DNA of 62,096 nt, the filler included. It is 17 parts of 17 records of this genome, joined end to end, with 100 filler letters (N's around TTAATTAATTAA, not from the genome) between each part and the next. Parts side by side here need not be neighbours in the genome. Positions count along the whole stretch, not along the records: positions 48,051 to 56,473 come from SRR11831580_4538; positions 56,574 to 62,096 come from SRR11831580_4539; 15 more parts are not named here. The stretch is one strand, 5' to 3'. Below are positions 51,270-62,096 of this stretch, piece after piece. A program made the position numbers and the translations under genes. Within the stretch, counting starts at the first letter, position 1. Each line of letters begins with the position of its first letter. The notes under the pieces are model-generated. The model saw only the letters and a program-made list of their open reading frames with translations. It was not told the origin of the DNA and searched no databases.

Positions 51270-51917
51270 ATGGGCGTAAGAGCGCAACAAAAAGAAAAAA
51301 CCCGCCGTTCGCTGGTGGAAGCCGCATTTAGCCAATTAAGTGCTGAACGCAGCTTCGCCAGCCTGAGTTTGCGTGAAGTGGCGCGTGAAGCGGGCATTGC
51401 TCCCACCTCTTTTTATCGGCATTTCCGCGACGTAGACGAACTGGGTCTGACCATGGTTGATGAGAGCGGTTTAATGCTACGCCAACTCATGCGCCAGGCG
51501 CGTCAGCGTATCGCCAAAGGCGGGAGTGTGATCCGCACCTCGGTCTCCACATTTATGGAGTTCATCGGTAATAATCCTAACGCCTTCCGGTTATTATTGC
51601 GGGAACGCTCCGGCACCTCCGCTGCGTTTCGTGCCGCCGTTGCGCGTGAAATTCAGCACTTCATTGCGGAACTTGCGGACTATCTGGAACTCGAAAACCA
51701 TATGCCGCGTGCGTTTACTGAAGCGCAAGCCGAAGCAATGGTGACAATTGTCTTCAGTGCGGGTGCCGAGGCGTTGGACGTCGGCGTCGAACAACGTCGG
51801 CAATTAGAAGAGCGACTGGTACTGCAACTGCGAATGATTTCGAAAGGGGCTTATTACTGGTATCGCCGTGAACAAGAGAAAACCGCAATTATTCCGGGAA
51901 ATGTGAAGGACGAGTAA
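51270..51917 (+). CDS. fabR: TetR-family regulator FabR
   Basis: [20 protein letters not shown] helix-turn-helix; start uncertain. Confidence 0.96.
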
Positions 51918-52276
51918 TGAAACAAGCAAATCAAGATAGAGGTACGCTGCTGCTGGCGTTAGTTGCTGGCTTATCGATTAATGGTACTTTCGCAGCGCTG
52001 TTTAGCTCCATTGTGCCATTTTCTGTATTCCCGATTATTTCCCTGGTGCTGACGGTTTACTGCCTGCATCAACGTTATCTTAATCGCACTATGCCGGTAG
52101 GCTTGCCGGGTCTGGCAGCTGCCTGTTTTATTCTCGGCGTACTGCTGTACAGCACGGTAGTTCGTGCGGAATATCCGGATATCGGCTCTAACTTCTTCCC
52201 GGCAGTACTCTCCGTCATTATGGTGTTCTGGATTGGCGCGAAGATGCGTAACCGTAAGCAGGAAGTTGCTGAGTAA
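51917..52276 (+). CDS. yijD: Inner membrane protein YijD
   Basis: 119 aa, hydrophobic, coupled to fabR. Confidence 0.95.
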
Positions 52277-52284
52277 TCGGTATT

Positions 52285-52310
52285 ATGCCGGATGCTGGCG
52301 CATCCGGCAT
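52285..52310. repeat. REP-like hairpin between convergent yijD and trmA
   Basis: ATGCCGGATGC-TGGC-GCATCCGGCAT. Confidence 0.8.
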
Positions 52311-52315
52311 GGGTT

Positions 52316-53415
52316 TTACTTCGCGGTCAGTAATACGCCGCACTCCATATGGTGCGTGTAGGGGAACTGATCAAACAGAGCCAGACGTTCGACCTTGTGC
52401 GTCTGGCTTAATGTTTCCAGATTCTTGCATAACGTTTCCGGGTTACAGGAGATGTACAAAATACGCGGATACGCCTGCACCATTTTCTCGGTTTCACTGT
52501 CCAGACCGCTGCGCGGAGGGTCGACAAAATGGTTTCGCACTGATAACTCTTTAAGTCGATCCCTTGCAGGCGGTTAAACTCGCGCACACCATTCATCGCC
52601 TGAGTAAATTCTTCTGCCGCCATACGAATAATTTGTACGTTATCAATATGGTTAGCTGCGATGTTGTATTGCGCAGCAGCAACCGACGGCTTAGCGATTT
52701 CGGTGGCTAATACCCGATCAAAATTACGCGCCAGCGCTAATGAAAAGTTACCGTTGCCGCAGTACAGCTCCAGTAAATCGCCTTTTGAGCCTTTGGTTAC
52801 GTCCAGCGCCCATTCCAGCATCTGAATATTCATCGCCGCGTTCGGCTGGGTAAAGCTGTTTTCTACCTGACGGTAGATCATCTCTTTCCCTGCGACCGGC
52901 AGACGTTCATCGATGTAATCCTGATCCAGCTCGATTTTGGTTTTCGTTGCCCGACCAATCAGATGCACATTCAGATTCTGCGCGCGCAGTGCATCGCGCA
53001 GGGCCTCCGCTTCCTGACGCCACTCATCATCCAGCTTCTTATGGTATAGCAGGGAAACCACCGCCTGATTACTCAGTGTAGTGAGGTAATCAATCTGGAA
53101 CAACTTGTGGCGCAGAACGGGATTATTACGCACACCCGCAATCATCGCCGTCATCAACTGGTTGATAAGTTCACTGGCGGCGGGGAAGCTATCCACGCGG
53201 ATGCGGCTTTTGGTTTGTTGATCGAAAATGATGTGATACAGGTCATCGCCATCGTGCCAGATGCGGAACTCCGCGCGCATCCGGTAATGACTGACCGGCG
53301 AGCGAAACACTTCCGGAACCAGGTCAGAAAACGGTGCCATCATACTTTGCAAACGTACCACTTTTTCGGCTAACTGCGCTTCATACTGTTCTGTTGGAAG
53401 GTGTTCGGGGGTCAT
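52316..53415 (-). CDS. trmA: tRNA m5U54 methyltransferase, apparent -1 frameshift at 52526-52529
   Basis: ELYCGNGNF in one frame; [19 protein letters not shown] in another. Confidence 0.96.
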
Positions 53416-53543
53416 GATGTATCCTGAAAAATTAAAGTACGCGGCGATTGTAGGGATTGCTCATCAGATGTCCAGATCTTGATGAATTCCTATTTGTGAG
53501 CTACGTCTGGACAGTAACTTGTTACAACCTGTAGCATCCACTT

Positions 53544-53783
53544 GCCGGTCCTGTGAGTTAATAGGGAATCCAGTGCGAATCTGGAGCTGACGCGCAGCGG
53601 TAAGGAAAGGTGCGATGATTGCGTTATGCGGACACTGCCATTCGGTGGGAAGTCATCATCTCTTAGTATCTTAGATACCCCTCCAAGCCCGAAGACCTGC
53701 CGGCCAACGTCGCATCTGGTTCTCATCATCGCGTAATATTGATGAAACCTGCGGCATCCTTCTTCTATTGTGGATGCTTTACA
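53544..53783 (+). promoter_or_regulatory. btuB 5' leader with cobalamin riboswitch
   Basis: AATAGGGAA..GTGCGAATC..GCAGCGGTAA..GGGAAG..AAGCCCGAAGACCTGCC (B12 box). Confidence 0.95.
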
Positions 53784-55628
53784 ATGATTAAAAAAGCTTC
53801 GCTGCTGACGGCGTGTTCCGTCACGGCATTTTCCGCTTGGGCACAGGATACCAGCCCGGATACTCTCGTCGTTACTGCTAACCGTTTTGAACAGCCGCGC
53901 AGCACTGTGCTTGCACCAACCACCGTTGTGACCCGTCAGGATATCGACCGCTGGCAGTCGACCTCGGTCAATGATGTGCTGCGCCGTCTTCCGGGCGTCG
54001 ATATCACCCAAAACGGCGGTTCAGGTCAGCTCTCATCTATTTTTATTCGCGGTACAAATGCCAGTCATGTGTTGGTGTTAATTGATGGCGTACGCCTGAA
54101 TCTGGCGGGGGTGAGTGGTTCTGCCGACCTTAGCCAGTTCCCTATTGCGCTTGTCCAGCGTGTTGAATATATCCGTGGGCCGCGCTCCGCTGTTTATGGT
54201 TCCGATGCAATAGGCGGGGTGGTGAATATCATCACGACGCGCGATGAACCCGGAACGGAAATTTCAGCAGGGTGGGGAAGCAATAGTTATCAGAACTATG
54301 ATGTCTCTACGCAGCAACAACTGGGGGATAAGACACGGGTAACGCTGTTGGGCGATTATGCCCATACTCATGGTTATGATGTTGTTGCCTATGGTAATAC
54401 CGGAACGCAAGCGCAGACAGATAACGATGGTTTTTTAAGTAAAACGCTTTATGGCGCGCTGGAGCATAACTTTACTGATGCCTGGAGCGGCTTTGTGCGC
54501 GGCTATGGCTATGATAACCGTACCAATTATGACGCGTATTATTCTCCCGGTTCACCGTTGCTCGATACCCGTAAACTCTATAGCCAAAGTTGGGACGCCG
54601 GGCTGCGCTATAACGGCGAACTGATTAAATCACAACTCATTACCAGCTATAGCCATAGCAAAGATTACAACTACGATCCCCATTATGGTCGTTATGATTC
54701 GTCGGCGACGCTCGATGAGATGAAGCAATACACCGTCCAGTGGGCAAACAATGTCATCGTTGGTCACGGTAGTATTGGTGCGGGTGTCGACTGGCAGAAA
54801 CAGACTACGACGCCGGGTACAGGTTATGTTGAGGATGGATATGATCAACGTAATACCGGCATCTATCTGACCGGGCTGCAACAAGTCGGCGATTTTACCT
54901 TTGAAGGCGCAGCACGCAGTGACGATAACTCACAGTTTGGTCGTCATGGAACCTGGCAAACCAGCGCCGGTTGGGAATTCATCGAAGGTTATCGCTTCAT
55001 TGCTTCCTACGGGACATCTTATAAGGCACCAAATCTGGGGCAACTGTATGGCTTCTACGGAAATCCGAATCTGGACCCGGAGAAAAGCAAACAGTGGGAA
55101 GGCGCGTTTGAAGGCTTAACCGCTGGGGTGAACTGGCGTATTTCCGGATATCGTAACGATGTCAGTGACTTGATCGATTATGATGATCACACCCTGAAAT
55201 ATTACAACGAAGGGAAAGCGCGGATTAAGGGCGTCGAGGCGACCGCCAATTTTGATACCGGACCACTGACGCATACTGTGAGTTATGATTATGTCGATGC
55301 GCGCAATGCGATTACCGACACGCCGTTGTTACGCCGTGCTAAACAGCAGGTGAAATACCAGCTCGACTGGCAGTTGTATGACTTCGACTGGGGTATTACT
55401 TATCAGTATTTAGGCACTCGCTATGATAAGGATTACTCATCTTATCCTTATCAAACCGTTAAAATGGGCGGTGTGAGCTTGTGGGATCTTGCGGTTGCGT
55501 ATCCGGTCACCTCTCACCTGACAGTTCGTGGTAAAATAGCCAACCTGTTCGACAAAGATTATGAGACAGTCTATGGCTACCAAACTGCAGGACGGGAATA
55601 CACCTTGTCTGGCAGCTACACCTTCTGA
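53784..55628 (+). CDS. btuB: TonB-dependent vitamin B12 receptor
   Basis: 614 aa, TonB box DTLVVTAN, C-terminal F. Confidence 0.99.
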   Translation: MIKKASLLTACSVTAFSAWAQDTSPDTLVVTANRFEQPRSTVLAPTTVVTRQDIDRWQSTSVNDVLRRLPGVDITQNGGSGQLSSIFIRGTNASHVLVLIDGVRLNLAGVSGSADLSQFPIALVQRVEYIRGPRSAVYGSDAIGGVVNIITTRDEPGTEISAGWGSNSYQNYDVSTQQQLGDKTRVTLLGDYAHTHGYDVVAYGNTGTQAQTDNDGFLSKTLYGALEHNFTDAWSGFVRGYGYDNRTNYDAYYSPGSPLLDTRKLYSQSWDAGLRYNGELIKSQLITSYSHSKDYNYDPHYGRYDSSATLDEMKQYTVQWANNVIVGHGSIGAGVDWQKQTTTPGTGYVEDGYDQRNTGIYLTGLQQVGDFTFEGAARSDDNSQFGRHGTWQTSAGWEFIEGYRFIASYGTSYKAPNLGQLYGFYGNPNLDPEKSKQWEGAFEGLTAGVNWRISGYRNDVSDLIDYDDHTLKYYNEGKARIKGVEATANFDTGPLTHTVSYDYVDARNAITDTPLLRRAKQQVKYQLDWQLYDFDWGITYQYLGTRYDKDYSSYPYQTVKMGGVSLWDLAVAYPVTSHLTVRGKIANLFDKDYETVYGYQTAGREYTLSGSYTF

Positions 55629-56430
55629 ACCACGTCCCACCGTGCTGGTGTTTGACTCCGGCGTCGGTGGGTTGTCGGTCTATGACGAGATCCGGCATCT
55701 CTTACCGGATCTCCATTACATTTATGCTTTCGATAACGTCGCTTTCCCGTATGGCGAAAAAAGCGAAGCGTTTATTGTTGAGCGAGTGGTGGCAATTGTC
55801 ACCGCGGTGCAAGAACGTTATCCCCTTGCGCTGGCTGTGGTCGCTTGCAACACTGCCAGTACCGTTTCACTTCCTGCATTACGCGAAAAGTTCGACTTCC
55901 CGGTTGTTGGTGTCGTGCCGGCGATTAAACCTGCTGCACGTCTGACGGCAAATGGCATTGTCGGATTACTGGCAACCCGCGGAACAGTTAAACGTTCTTA
56001 TACTCATGAGCTGATCGCGCGTTTCGCTAATGAATGCCAGATAGAAATGCTGGGCTCGGCAGAGATGGTTGAGTTGGCTGAAGCGAAGCTACATGGCGAA
56101 GATGTTTCTCTGGATGCACTAAAACGTATCCTACGCCCGTGGTTAAGAATGAAAGAGCCGCCAGATACCGTTGTATTGGGTTGCACCCATTTCCCTCTAC
56201 TACAAGAAGAACTGTTACAAGTGCTGCCAGAGGGAACCCGGCTGGTGGATTCTGGCGCAGCGATTGCTCGCCGAACGGCCTGGTTGTTAGAACATGAAGC
56301 CCCGGATGCAAAATCTGCCGATGCGAATATTGCCTTTTGTATGGCAATGACGCCAGGAGCTGAACAATTATTGCCCGTTTTACAGCGTTACGGCTTCGAA
56401 ACGCTCGAAAAACTGGCAGTTTTAGGCTGA
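55573..56430 (+). CDS. murI: Glutamate racemase (overlaps the end of btuB)
   Basis: [23 protein letters not shown]. Confidence 0.98.
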   Translation: MATKLQDGNTPCLAATPSEPRPTVLVFDSGVGGLSVYDEIRHLLPDLHYIYAFDNVAFPYGEKSEAFIVERVVAIVTAVQERYPLALAVVACNTASTVSLPALREKFDFPVVGVVPAIKPAARLTANGIVGLLATRGTVKRSYTHELIARFANECQIEMLGSAEMVELAEAKLHGEDVSLDALKRILRPWLRMKEPPDTVVLGCTHFPLLQEELLQVLPEGTRLVDSGAAIARRTAWLLEHEAPDAKSADANIAFCMAMTPGAEQLLPVLQRYGFETLEKLAVLG

Positions 56431-56473
56431 TTTGGTTGAATGTTGCGCGGTCAGAAAATTATTTTAAATTTCC
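56431..56473 (+). promoter_or_regulatory. rrnB P1 upstream region and UP element; contig ends before the rRNA operon
   Basis: TCAGAAAATTATTTTAAATTTCC directly after murI. Confidence 0.85.
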
Positions 56474-56573
56474 NNNNNNNNNNNNNNNNNNNNNNNNNNN
56501 NNNNNNNNNNNNNNNNNTTAATTAATTAANNNNNNNNNNNNNNNNNNNNNNNNNNNNNNNNNNNNNNNNNNNN

Positions 56574-57213
56574 AGAAATGCTGTTTATTCCGGCGCGCGC
56601 GGCTAATTTACCGGTCAACAACAAACCGGTGATGCTGTTAAGCCTGGTGTTCGCTCCGACCTGGCTTGGGTTATCGTTTTACGATAGCCGCACCACGTCG
56701 TTGTTGCATCCTGCTCGCCAGATCCAGCTTCCCAGCCTGCAACGCGGTGAAGGTGAAGCGATGCTTACCGCCCTCACCCATCTTAGCCGTTCGCCGCTGG
56801 AGCAAAATATCATTCAGCCGCTGGTGTTAAGTTTGCTGCATCTTTGCCGTAGCGTGGTGAATATGCCGCCGGGCAATTCGCAGCCGCGCGGCGATTTTCT
56901 CTATCACAGCATTTGTAACTGGGTTCAGGATAATTATGCCCAGCCGCTCACCCGCGAGAGCGTGGCGCAGTTTTTTAATATCACGCCCAATCATCTGTCA
57001 AAACTGTTTGCTCAGCATGGAACGATGCGTTTTATCGAGTATGTGCGTTGGGTGCGAATGGCGAAGGCGAGGATGATTTTGCAGAAATATCATCTGTCAA
57101 TTCATGAAGTGGCACAGCGTTGCGGTTTTCCGGATAGCGACTATTTTTGTCGCGTTTTCCGGCGTCAGTTTGGTCTGACGCCGGGAGAGTACAGCGCCCG
57201 TTTTCAGGGCTAA
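56574..57213 (+). CDS. ypdC: AraC-family regulator, 5' truncated
   Basis: GFPDSDYFCRVFRRQFGLTPGEY. Confidence 0.93.
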
Positions 57214-57215
57214 CG

Positions 57216-59711
57216 TCAGAAGGTTAATTCTGTTTCCAGCAGCGTCAGGATACTTTGTGCATCTTGCGCGGCAAACAACGACTGGCGGAAGTTTTTATTC
57301 ACCAGTTTACGCGCCAGCTGCGAGAAGACTTTCACATGATTCATCCCTTCGTTAGCACCCAGCGTCAGCATGATCACCAGTTCGACTTCGCCCATTTCTG
57401 ACTGCCAGCCAATCGGTTTCGCCAGCCGGGCAATGCTGATACTGGAATGACGGATCCACTGAGATTTGGTGTGCGGGATCGCTACGCCAAAACCAACGCC
57501 GGTGGTAACAATCTCTTCCCGCTGCCAGACATCTTCTTCCAGCTCAAACGGATGTTCAGTGCGCCCGTTAACGCCGAGGTTGCCGCACAGGAACTGGATC
57601 GCCTGCTCTTTATTGCTAAAATCCTGATCAACAAAGATATTCTCCAGCGCCAGCAGTGGGCGAACGTCTTCTTCCGGCGTAAAGGCGGTGAGTAACGCTT
57701 CAATTTCCTGCGCACTGCGGCATTCACATGCCTGACGCGCCAGTTCCCGACACGCCTCGCTATCCAGTTGACGAAGCTGGCTTTTCACCGCCGGAATACG
57801 CGGGCTACTCATACTCAGCTCATCCAGGCCCAGCCCAAGCAGTAGCGGCAGATAACGGCTTTCACCGCCCAGTTCACCGCAAATGCCTACCCATTTGCCC
57901 CGCTGATGCGCAGTGGTAACTATTTGCTGCAACATGCGCAGGAACGATGGCGTAATCGGGTTATATAGCGGCGATACGCGCGGGTTATTACGATCGACCG
58001 CATACAGATACTGGGTCATATCGTTGGAGCCGATACTGAAGAAATCGACCTCATCGCAGAAGTGGTCGATGATGTAGCACACCGACGGAACTTCCACCAT
58101 GATCCCAAGCGTAATCGTCTCTGCATGACGCAGGCCATCGCGCTTAAGCTCAACGATCGCTTTTTGGATCTCGCCTTTCACCCATAAGATCTGATCGAGG
58201 CTGTGAACCATCGGGATCATCAACTGGGCGTTGCCGAAACTGGCGGCGCGCAAAATGGCCCGCAGTTGAGTGCGGAACAGGCCAGCAAATTCCGGGTAAA
58301 TACGTACCGCGCGATAGCCGAGGAACGGGTTCTCTTCCTGGGGAATATTCAGATAAGGAATGCTTTTATCGCCGCCGATGTCCATCGTGCGGAAGATAAT
58401 CGGCTTGTCGCCCGCCGCCAGTAGCACCTGCTGGTAGGCTTCAAATTGCTCCTGCTCGTCCGGCGCGCTGTCGCGATCCATATAGAGCATTTCGGTACGG
58501 AACAGCCCGACACCTTCCGCGCCGTTGGCAAACGCGCCTGGCGCTTCCAGAGCGGTGCCGATATTCGCCGCAATATCAATACGCTTGTTATCACGGGAAT
58601 AGGCCAGCTGCGCGGCAGCCTGCGCCTGTTGTTTTTGGCGTTTATCCGCCAGCGTCTGCGCGACCTGATAATAACCGCTCACCGCGTCATTCGGGTTAAT
58701 CGCCAGCACGCCGCACTGGGCGTCAAGCACTGCAGGTTGCCCGGCATAACGGGCAATCGCATCCAGCGGCAAGCCACTCAGTACCGGGATCGCCGAGGCA
58801 CGGGCCAGAATCAGTGTATGCGAGGTGCGCCCGGTTTTCTCCAGAATCATGCCCGCAAGATTTTTCAAATCAAGGCTCAAAAACTGGCTTGGGGTTAAAT
58901 CTTCAGCCACCAGAATGGTCGGTTTTTCAAGCACCAGCTTGTTGCGCGGCTTCAGTTCCGGCCAGGTGATATGCAGCAACTGTTCGCTGATATCGCGAAT
59001 GTCGCTAACACGTTCGCGCAGATAATCGCTGGCAGAGGCAGAAAGTTTGGCGCAAACCTGCTCCATATTGCTGATGATCGCCGCCCCCAGCCCCTGATGC
59101 TGTTCTGTCATCAGGCGACGGATATTGCCTGCAAATTCATCATCCTGAATCAGCGACAAATGGGCGCTGAGGATAGTTTTGCTTTCGCCGTCACGCTCAC
59201 GCAATTGCTGGTTCAGTTGCTCGGCAAGCGTTGCCAGGCTGTGCTCCAGCCGGGTGGAATCTTGCGCACTGGCGGGGATTGCCCGATAACTGTCGAGGCT
59301 GTCGCTTTGTAACAGGGTCAGCGTACCCACGCCGACGCCGCTTGCCAGCACATTGCCGTACAGTAAATCCGGGTTAAGGCGGCTTAATGAACGCGGCAGC
59401 GGATGCGCCGTCAGTTCTGCCTGCGTAGGCTGAACGCTGTCGCTGTCGATAAAGCGCACCTGGATGTACTCTTCCAGCACGCGCCGCGCCTGCTCTTCAT
59501 CGCTGCCGCTAATGTTCAGGCTGCAACTGTCATTAAATAGGGTGCCGGTGCCAATCAGCGCCAGCGAGCTTTTCGCATCTGCCTTTGCGTTCTGGCGATG
59601 GTTAATAAAAGTGATTTCGCTTTGCCACTGGCTGCACTGTTCTTTAAGTTCCCACGCCGGACGAGCATGTAGACCGTTAGGCAAAGGACAGAGAAATTGA
59701 ATCGTTAACAT
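57216..59711 (-). CDS. fryA: Multiphosphoryl transfer protein (HPr-EI-EIIA)
   Basis: 831 aa, NGLHARPA, GRTSH, GLFRTE, VAIPH. Confidence 0.97.
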   Translation of the reverse strand: MLTIQFLCPLPNGLHARPAWELKEQCSQWQSEITFINHRQNAKADAKSSLALIGTGTLFNDSCSLNISGSDEEQARRVLEEYIQVRFIDSDSVQPTQAELTAHPLPRSLSRLNPDLLYGNVLASGVGVGTLTLLQSDSLDSYRAIPASAQDSTRLEHSLATLAEQLNQQLRERDGESKTILSAHLSLIQDDEFAGNIRRLMTEQHQGLGAAIISNMEQVCAKLSASASDYLRERVSDIRDISEQLLHITWPELKPRNKLVLEKPTILVAEDLTPSQFLSLDLKNLAGMILEKTGRTSHTLILARASAIPVLSGLPLDAIARYAGQPAVLDAQCGVLAINPNDAVSGYYQVAQTLADKRQKQQAQAAAQLAYSRDNKRIDIAANIGTALEAPGAFANGAEGVGLFRTEMLYMDRDSAPDEQEQFEAYQQVLLAAGDKPIIFRTMDIGGDKSIPYLNIPQEENPFLGYRAVRIYPEFAGLFRTQLRAILRAASFGNAQLMIPMVHSLDQILWVKGEIQKAIVELKRDGLRHAETITLGIMVEVPSVCYIIDHFCDEVDFFSIGSNDMTQYLYAVDRNNPRVSPLYNPITPSFLRMLQQIVTTAHQRGKWVGICGELGGESRYLPLLLGLGLDELSMSSPRIPAVKSQLRQLDSEACRELARQACECRSAQEIEALLTAFTPEEDVRPLLALENIFVDQDFSNKEQAIQFLCGNLGVNGRTEHPFELEEDVWQREEIVTTGVGFGVAIPHTKSQWIRHSSISIARLAKPIGWQSEMGEVELVIMLTLGANEGMNHVKVFSQLARKLVNKNFRQSLFAAQDAQSILTLLETELTF

Positions 59712-59735
59712 AACCGCTCCGGGTTAATCAGGAGA

Positions 59736-60773
59736 TCATCTGAAATCCGTCAGTTGAACAACCGTCTCACGCGTAAGACGTTGAATAAGGGCAGATAAAA
59801 GTTGCTGCATCTGCAAAATGTCGCGGCAATCGGCAATCGATGCGGCGCAATGTCCATGGCGGGTTGCTGGCCCCATCACCACTGTGGGCACGCCGGTGCC
59901 GGTTAAGTGCACCGCCCCGCCGTCCGTGCCGCCGTTGCTGAACATATCTGCCTGCAACGGCACGCCAATTTCTGCCGCCACGGTTTCGACCCAGGCGGTA
60001 AGTTTTGGCGGCGCAATCAGCGACTTGTCGCTTAACACCAGCATCGGCCCGTTACCAATCTGGCGATGGTTAGCCGCGCCATAATCAAAGTTTTTCGCCC
60101 AGCAGGCGGTATCAAGCACAATGGCGACGTCCGGCGACACCGCGCGGGTGGCAGTTTGCCCGCCGCGTAATCCCACCTCTTCGCTGGAACTTGCCACCAG
60201 CCACACTTCCGCAGGTAGTTCGGCGTCGTGCAGTTCGCGCAGTAACGTCACCAGCAGATAGCAACCGAGGCGGTCATCAAAGGCTTTCCCCATCACTCGC
60301 TGGTGAGGGAGAACCTGAAAAGTGGTATCAAACGTGACGCGATCGCCGGGACGAATTCCCGCCTGCATCACTTCGTCATAGGAGCGCGCACCAATGTCCA
60401 CGCGCATGGCGCTGACGTCATTCCCCTGCCGGTCGCCGTCAAGCAGGCCTGGAATTTTGCACTCTTCACGGGTGGTGATGCGCACCGGCTGCAGCTGGCG
60501 GGCAGCCATGCGTACGTTGCCAACCGGCAGCACATCAATCGCCCCTTCGCGGGAGATGCTGCGCACCATAAATCCCACTTCGTCCATATGCGCACAGATC
60601 ATCACCTTCGGACCTGTCGATTCATTCAGGCGGATCAGCACCGATCCCAGACCATCAAATCGCACTTCTTTTTGCAGGCGATCCGCTTCTTCCAGCAGGA
60701 TCTGCCGCACTTCCTGTTCCGAGGAGGCGATCGCATCTGCCTCGCTCAACGCTTTTAATAGCGATAAATCCAT
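59736..60773 (-). CDS. ypdE: M42 aminopeptidase
   Basis: AHMDEVG, AFDDR, EEVG. Confidence 0.97.
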   Translation of the reverse strand: MDLSLLKALSEADAIASSEQEVRQILLEEADRLQKEVRFDGLGSVLIRLNESTGPKVMICAHMDEVGFMVRSISREGAIDVLPVGNVRMAARQLQPVRITTREECKIPGLLDGDRQGNDVSAMRVDIGARSYDEVMQAGIRPGDRVTFDTTFQVLPHQRVMGKAFDDRLGCYLLVTLLRELHDAELPAEVWLVASSSEEVGLRGGQTATRAVSPDVAIVLDTACWAKNFDYGAANHRQIGNGPMLVLSDKSLIAPPKLTAWVETVAAEIGVPLQADMFSNGGTDGGAVHLTGTGVPTVVMGPATRHGHCAASIADCRDILQMQQLLSALIQRLTRETVVQLTDFR

Positions 60774-61858
60774 TATGCCTCTCCCGTGAGCAACACTGTT
60801 TTCGGCATGGCGTAGAGCACTTCTGCGCCTTGCGGGGTAACCAGCACAACATCTTCGATGCGCACGCCCCCTTGCCCTGGCAAATAAATCCCCGGCTCCA
60901 CGGTCAGTAACATGCCTGGCTGTAGCGTCGTGGTGTCCCGCGGTGAAAAACGCGGATCTTCATGAACTTCAATGCCGATAGCGTGACCGGTGTTATGACC
61001 GAAATAGTCGCCATAACCTGCTTCTGTAATGACCCGGCGCGCGGCATCGTCAACCTGCTGGCAGCGCACGCCGGGGCGAATCGCGGAGATTGCTGCGAGC
61101 TGTGCCTGCAGGACAATTTGATAGACGTTAAACAGCAGGTGAGATTCGGCGCTCACCCCTTCGCCATTCACCAGCAAGGTGCGCGTCATATCAGAGCAGT
61201 AGCCCTGATACAGCGCACCGAAATCGAGAGTGACAAACTCGCCCGCTGCAACAATCTTGTCGCTGGCTTTGCCGTGCGGCAGCGCCCCACGCCAGCCACT
61301 GGCGACAATGGTGTCAAAAGAGGCTTTTTCTGCGCCCTGCTGGCGCATAAACCACTCCAGTTCAGCGGCTATCTCGCGCTCGCTCATCCCCGCCTGAATA
61401 AAGCGGCGAATATGCTCTGCACCGCGATCAGCAATCCCACAGGCGAGGCGGATTTTCTCCACCTCCTCTGGCGTTTTGATTTGCCGCAGCACATCCGGCG
61501 TGGCGCTAACCAGTTTCGCATTGAGTTCAGACTGCCAGCGGTGCGCGGTTTCCCAACTCACCTGCTGGCCCTCAAAACCGAGCGTTTGCAACTGTTCATC
61601 GGCAATGATTTGATTGACGATAGTGGTAAGCGTGTTCGTCGCGTCAAGCAAATGCAGCTGGTAGCCTTGCGCACGGGCTTCCACCTCAACGTAATAGCGC
61701 GAATCCACCAGAATGTGCGCACTTTCACGGCTAATCACCACATAACCTGATCCGGTGGAGATCCCCAGATGCGGCTGTTTGTTCTGCCGTGAGGAGAGAA
61801 GCACTGCATCCAGTTGTTGCGCCTTAAGCCAGTCGCGCAGCGAAGCGAGTAATGTCAT
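60773..61858 (-). CDS. ypdF: Xaa-Pro/Met aminopeptidase (M24)
   Basis: [28 protein letters not shown]. Confidence 0.97.
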
Positions 61859-61872
61859 CTGGATTTTCCTTC

Positions 61873-62096
61873 TTACAGGCTATCGATTAACAATTTGCCT
61901 TTACGGAACATCATCAGACGCAGGAACACCACCATCAGCGCAGTTATGACTGCCCCCAGCGCGATCCCCGCCATATAGACGCCCAGGTTAGTGACCAGCG
62001 GCCATGCCCAGATAGCGGACTCCGGGAACCATTGCACTGCGCCCAGCCAGACAGCGGCGGTTGAGCCGACAATAGCGCCGACCATATACGACGGAA
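61873..62096 (-). CDS. fryC: Fructose-like PTS EIIC, C-terminal fragment
   Basis: Hydrophobic C-terminus upstream of ypdF. Confidence 0.88.

Noticed and set aside
55561-55628. btuB-murI overlap
   Set aside because: Well-known arrangement in E. coli.

Overview
This is not one contiguous locus. It is 17 short contigs joined by 16 identical 100-bp artificial spacers (44 N + TTAATTAATTAA + 44 N, which has stops in all six frames). Thirteen contigs are Escherichia coli chromosome pieces that look K-12-like: tsf-pyrH-frr-dxr-ispU-cdsA-rseP; fucO-xni-sdaB; rplC-rpsJ-gspBA; speA-metK-galP; tdcABC; moaABCDE; yecM-argS-yecT-flhE; tRNA-Lys-cpoB-pal-tolB; ilvED; IS4-yjgZ-yjgX-IS2; ydhVWXUT-ydhS; argH-oxyS-oxyR-sthA-fabR-yijD-trmA-btuB-murI; ypdC-fryA-ypdE-ypdF-fryC. 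Four contigs are eukaryotic: an intron-rich N-acetylglucosamine kinase, a Ty1/copia LTR retrotransposon, an IPT/Ig-like repeat protein gene and a spliced coiled-coil gene. Untrimmed 454 adaptor and loxP paired-end linker remnants, plus single-base homopolymer frameshifts (ispU, moaD, insG, trmA), point to a 454 assembly of a eukaryote mixed with E. coli. The most interesting biological signal is the 5' half of a group II intron inserted antisense into an IS66 transposase remnant (40989-41560), which also explains the odd 'yjgZ' ORF. I do not see a convincing new multi-gene system. Gene names come from my recognition of the protein sequences, not from database searches.
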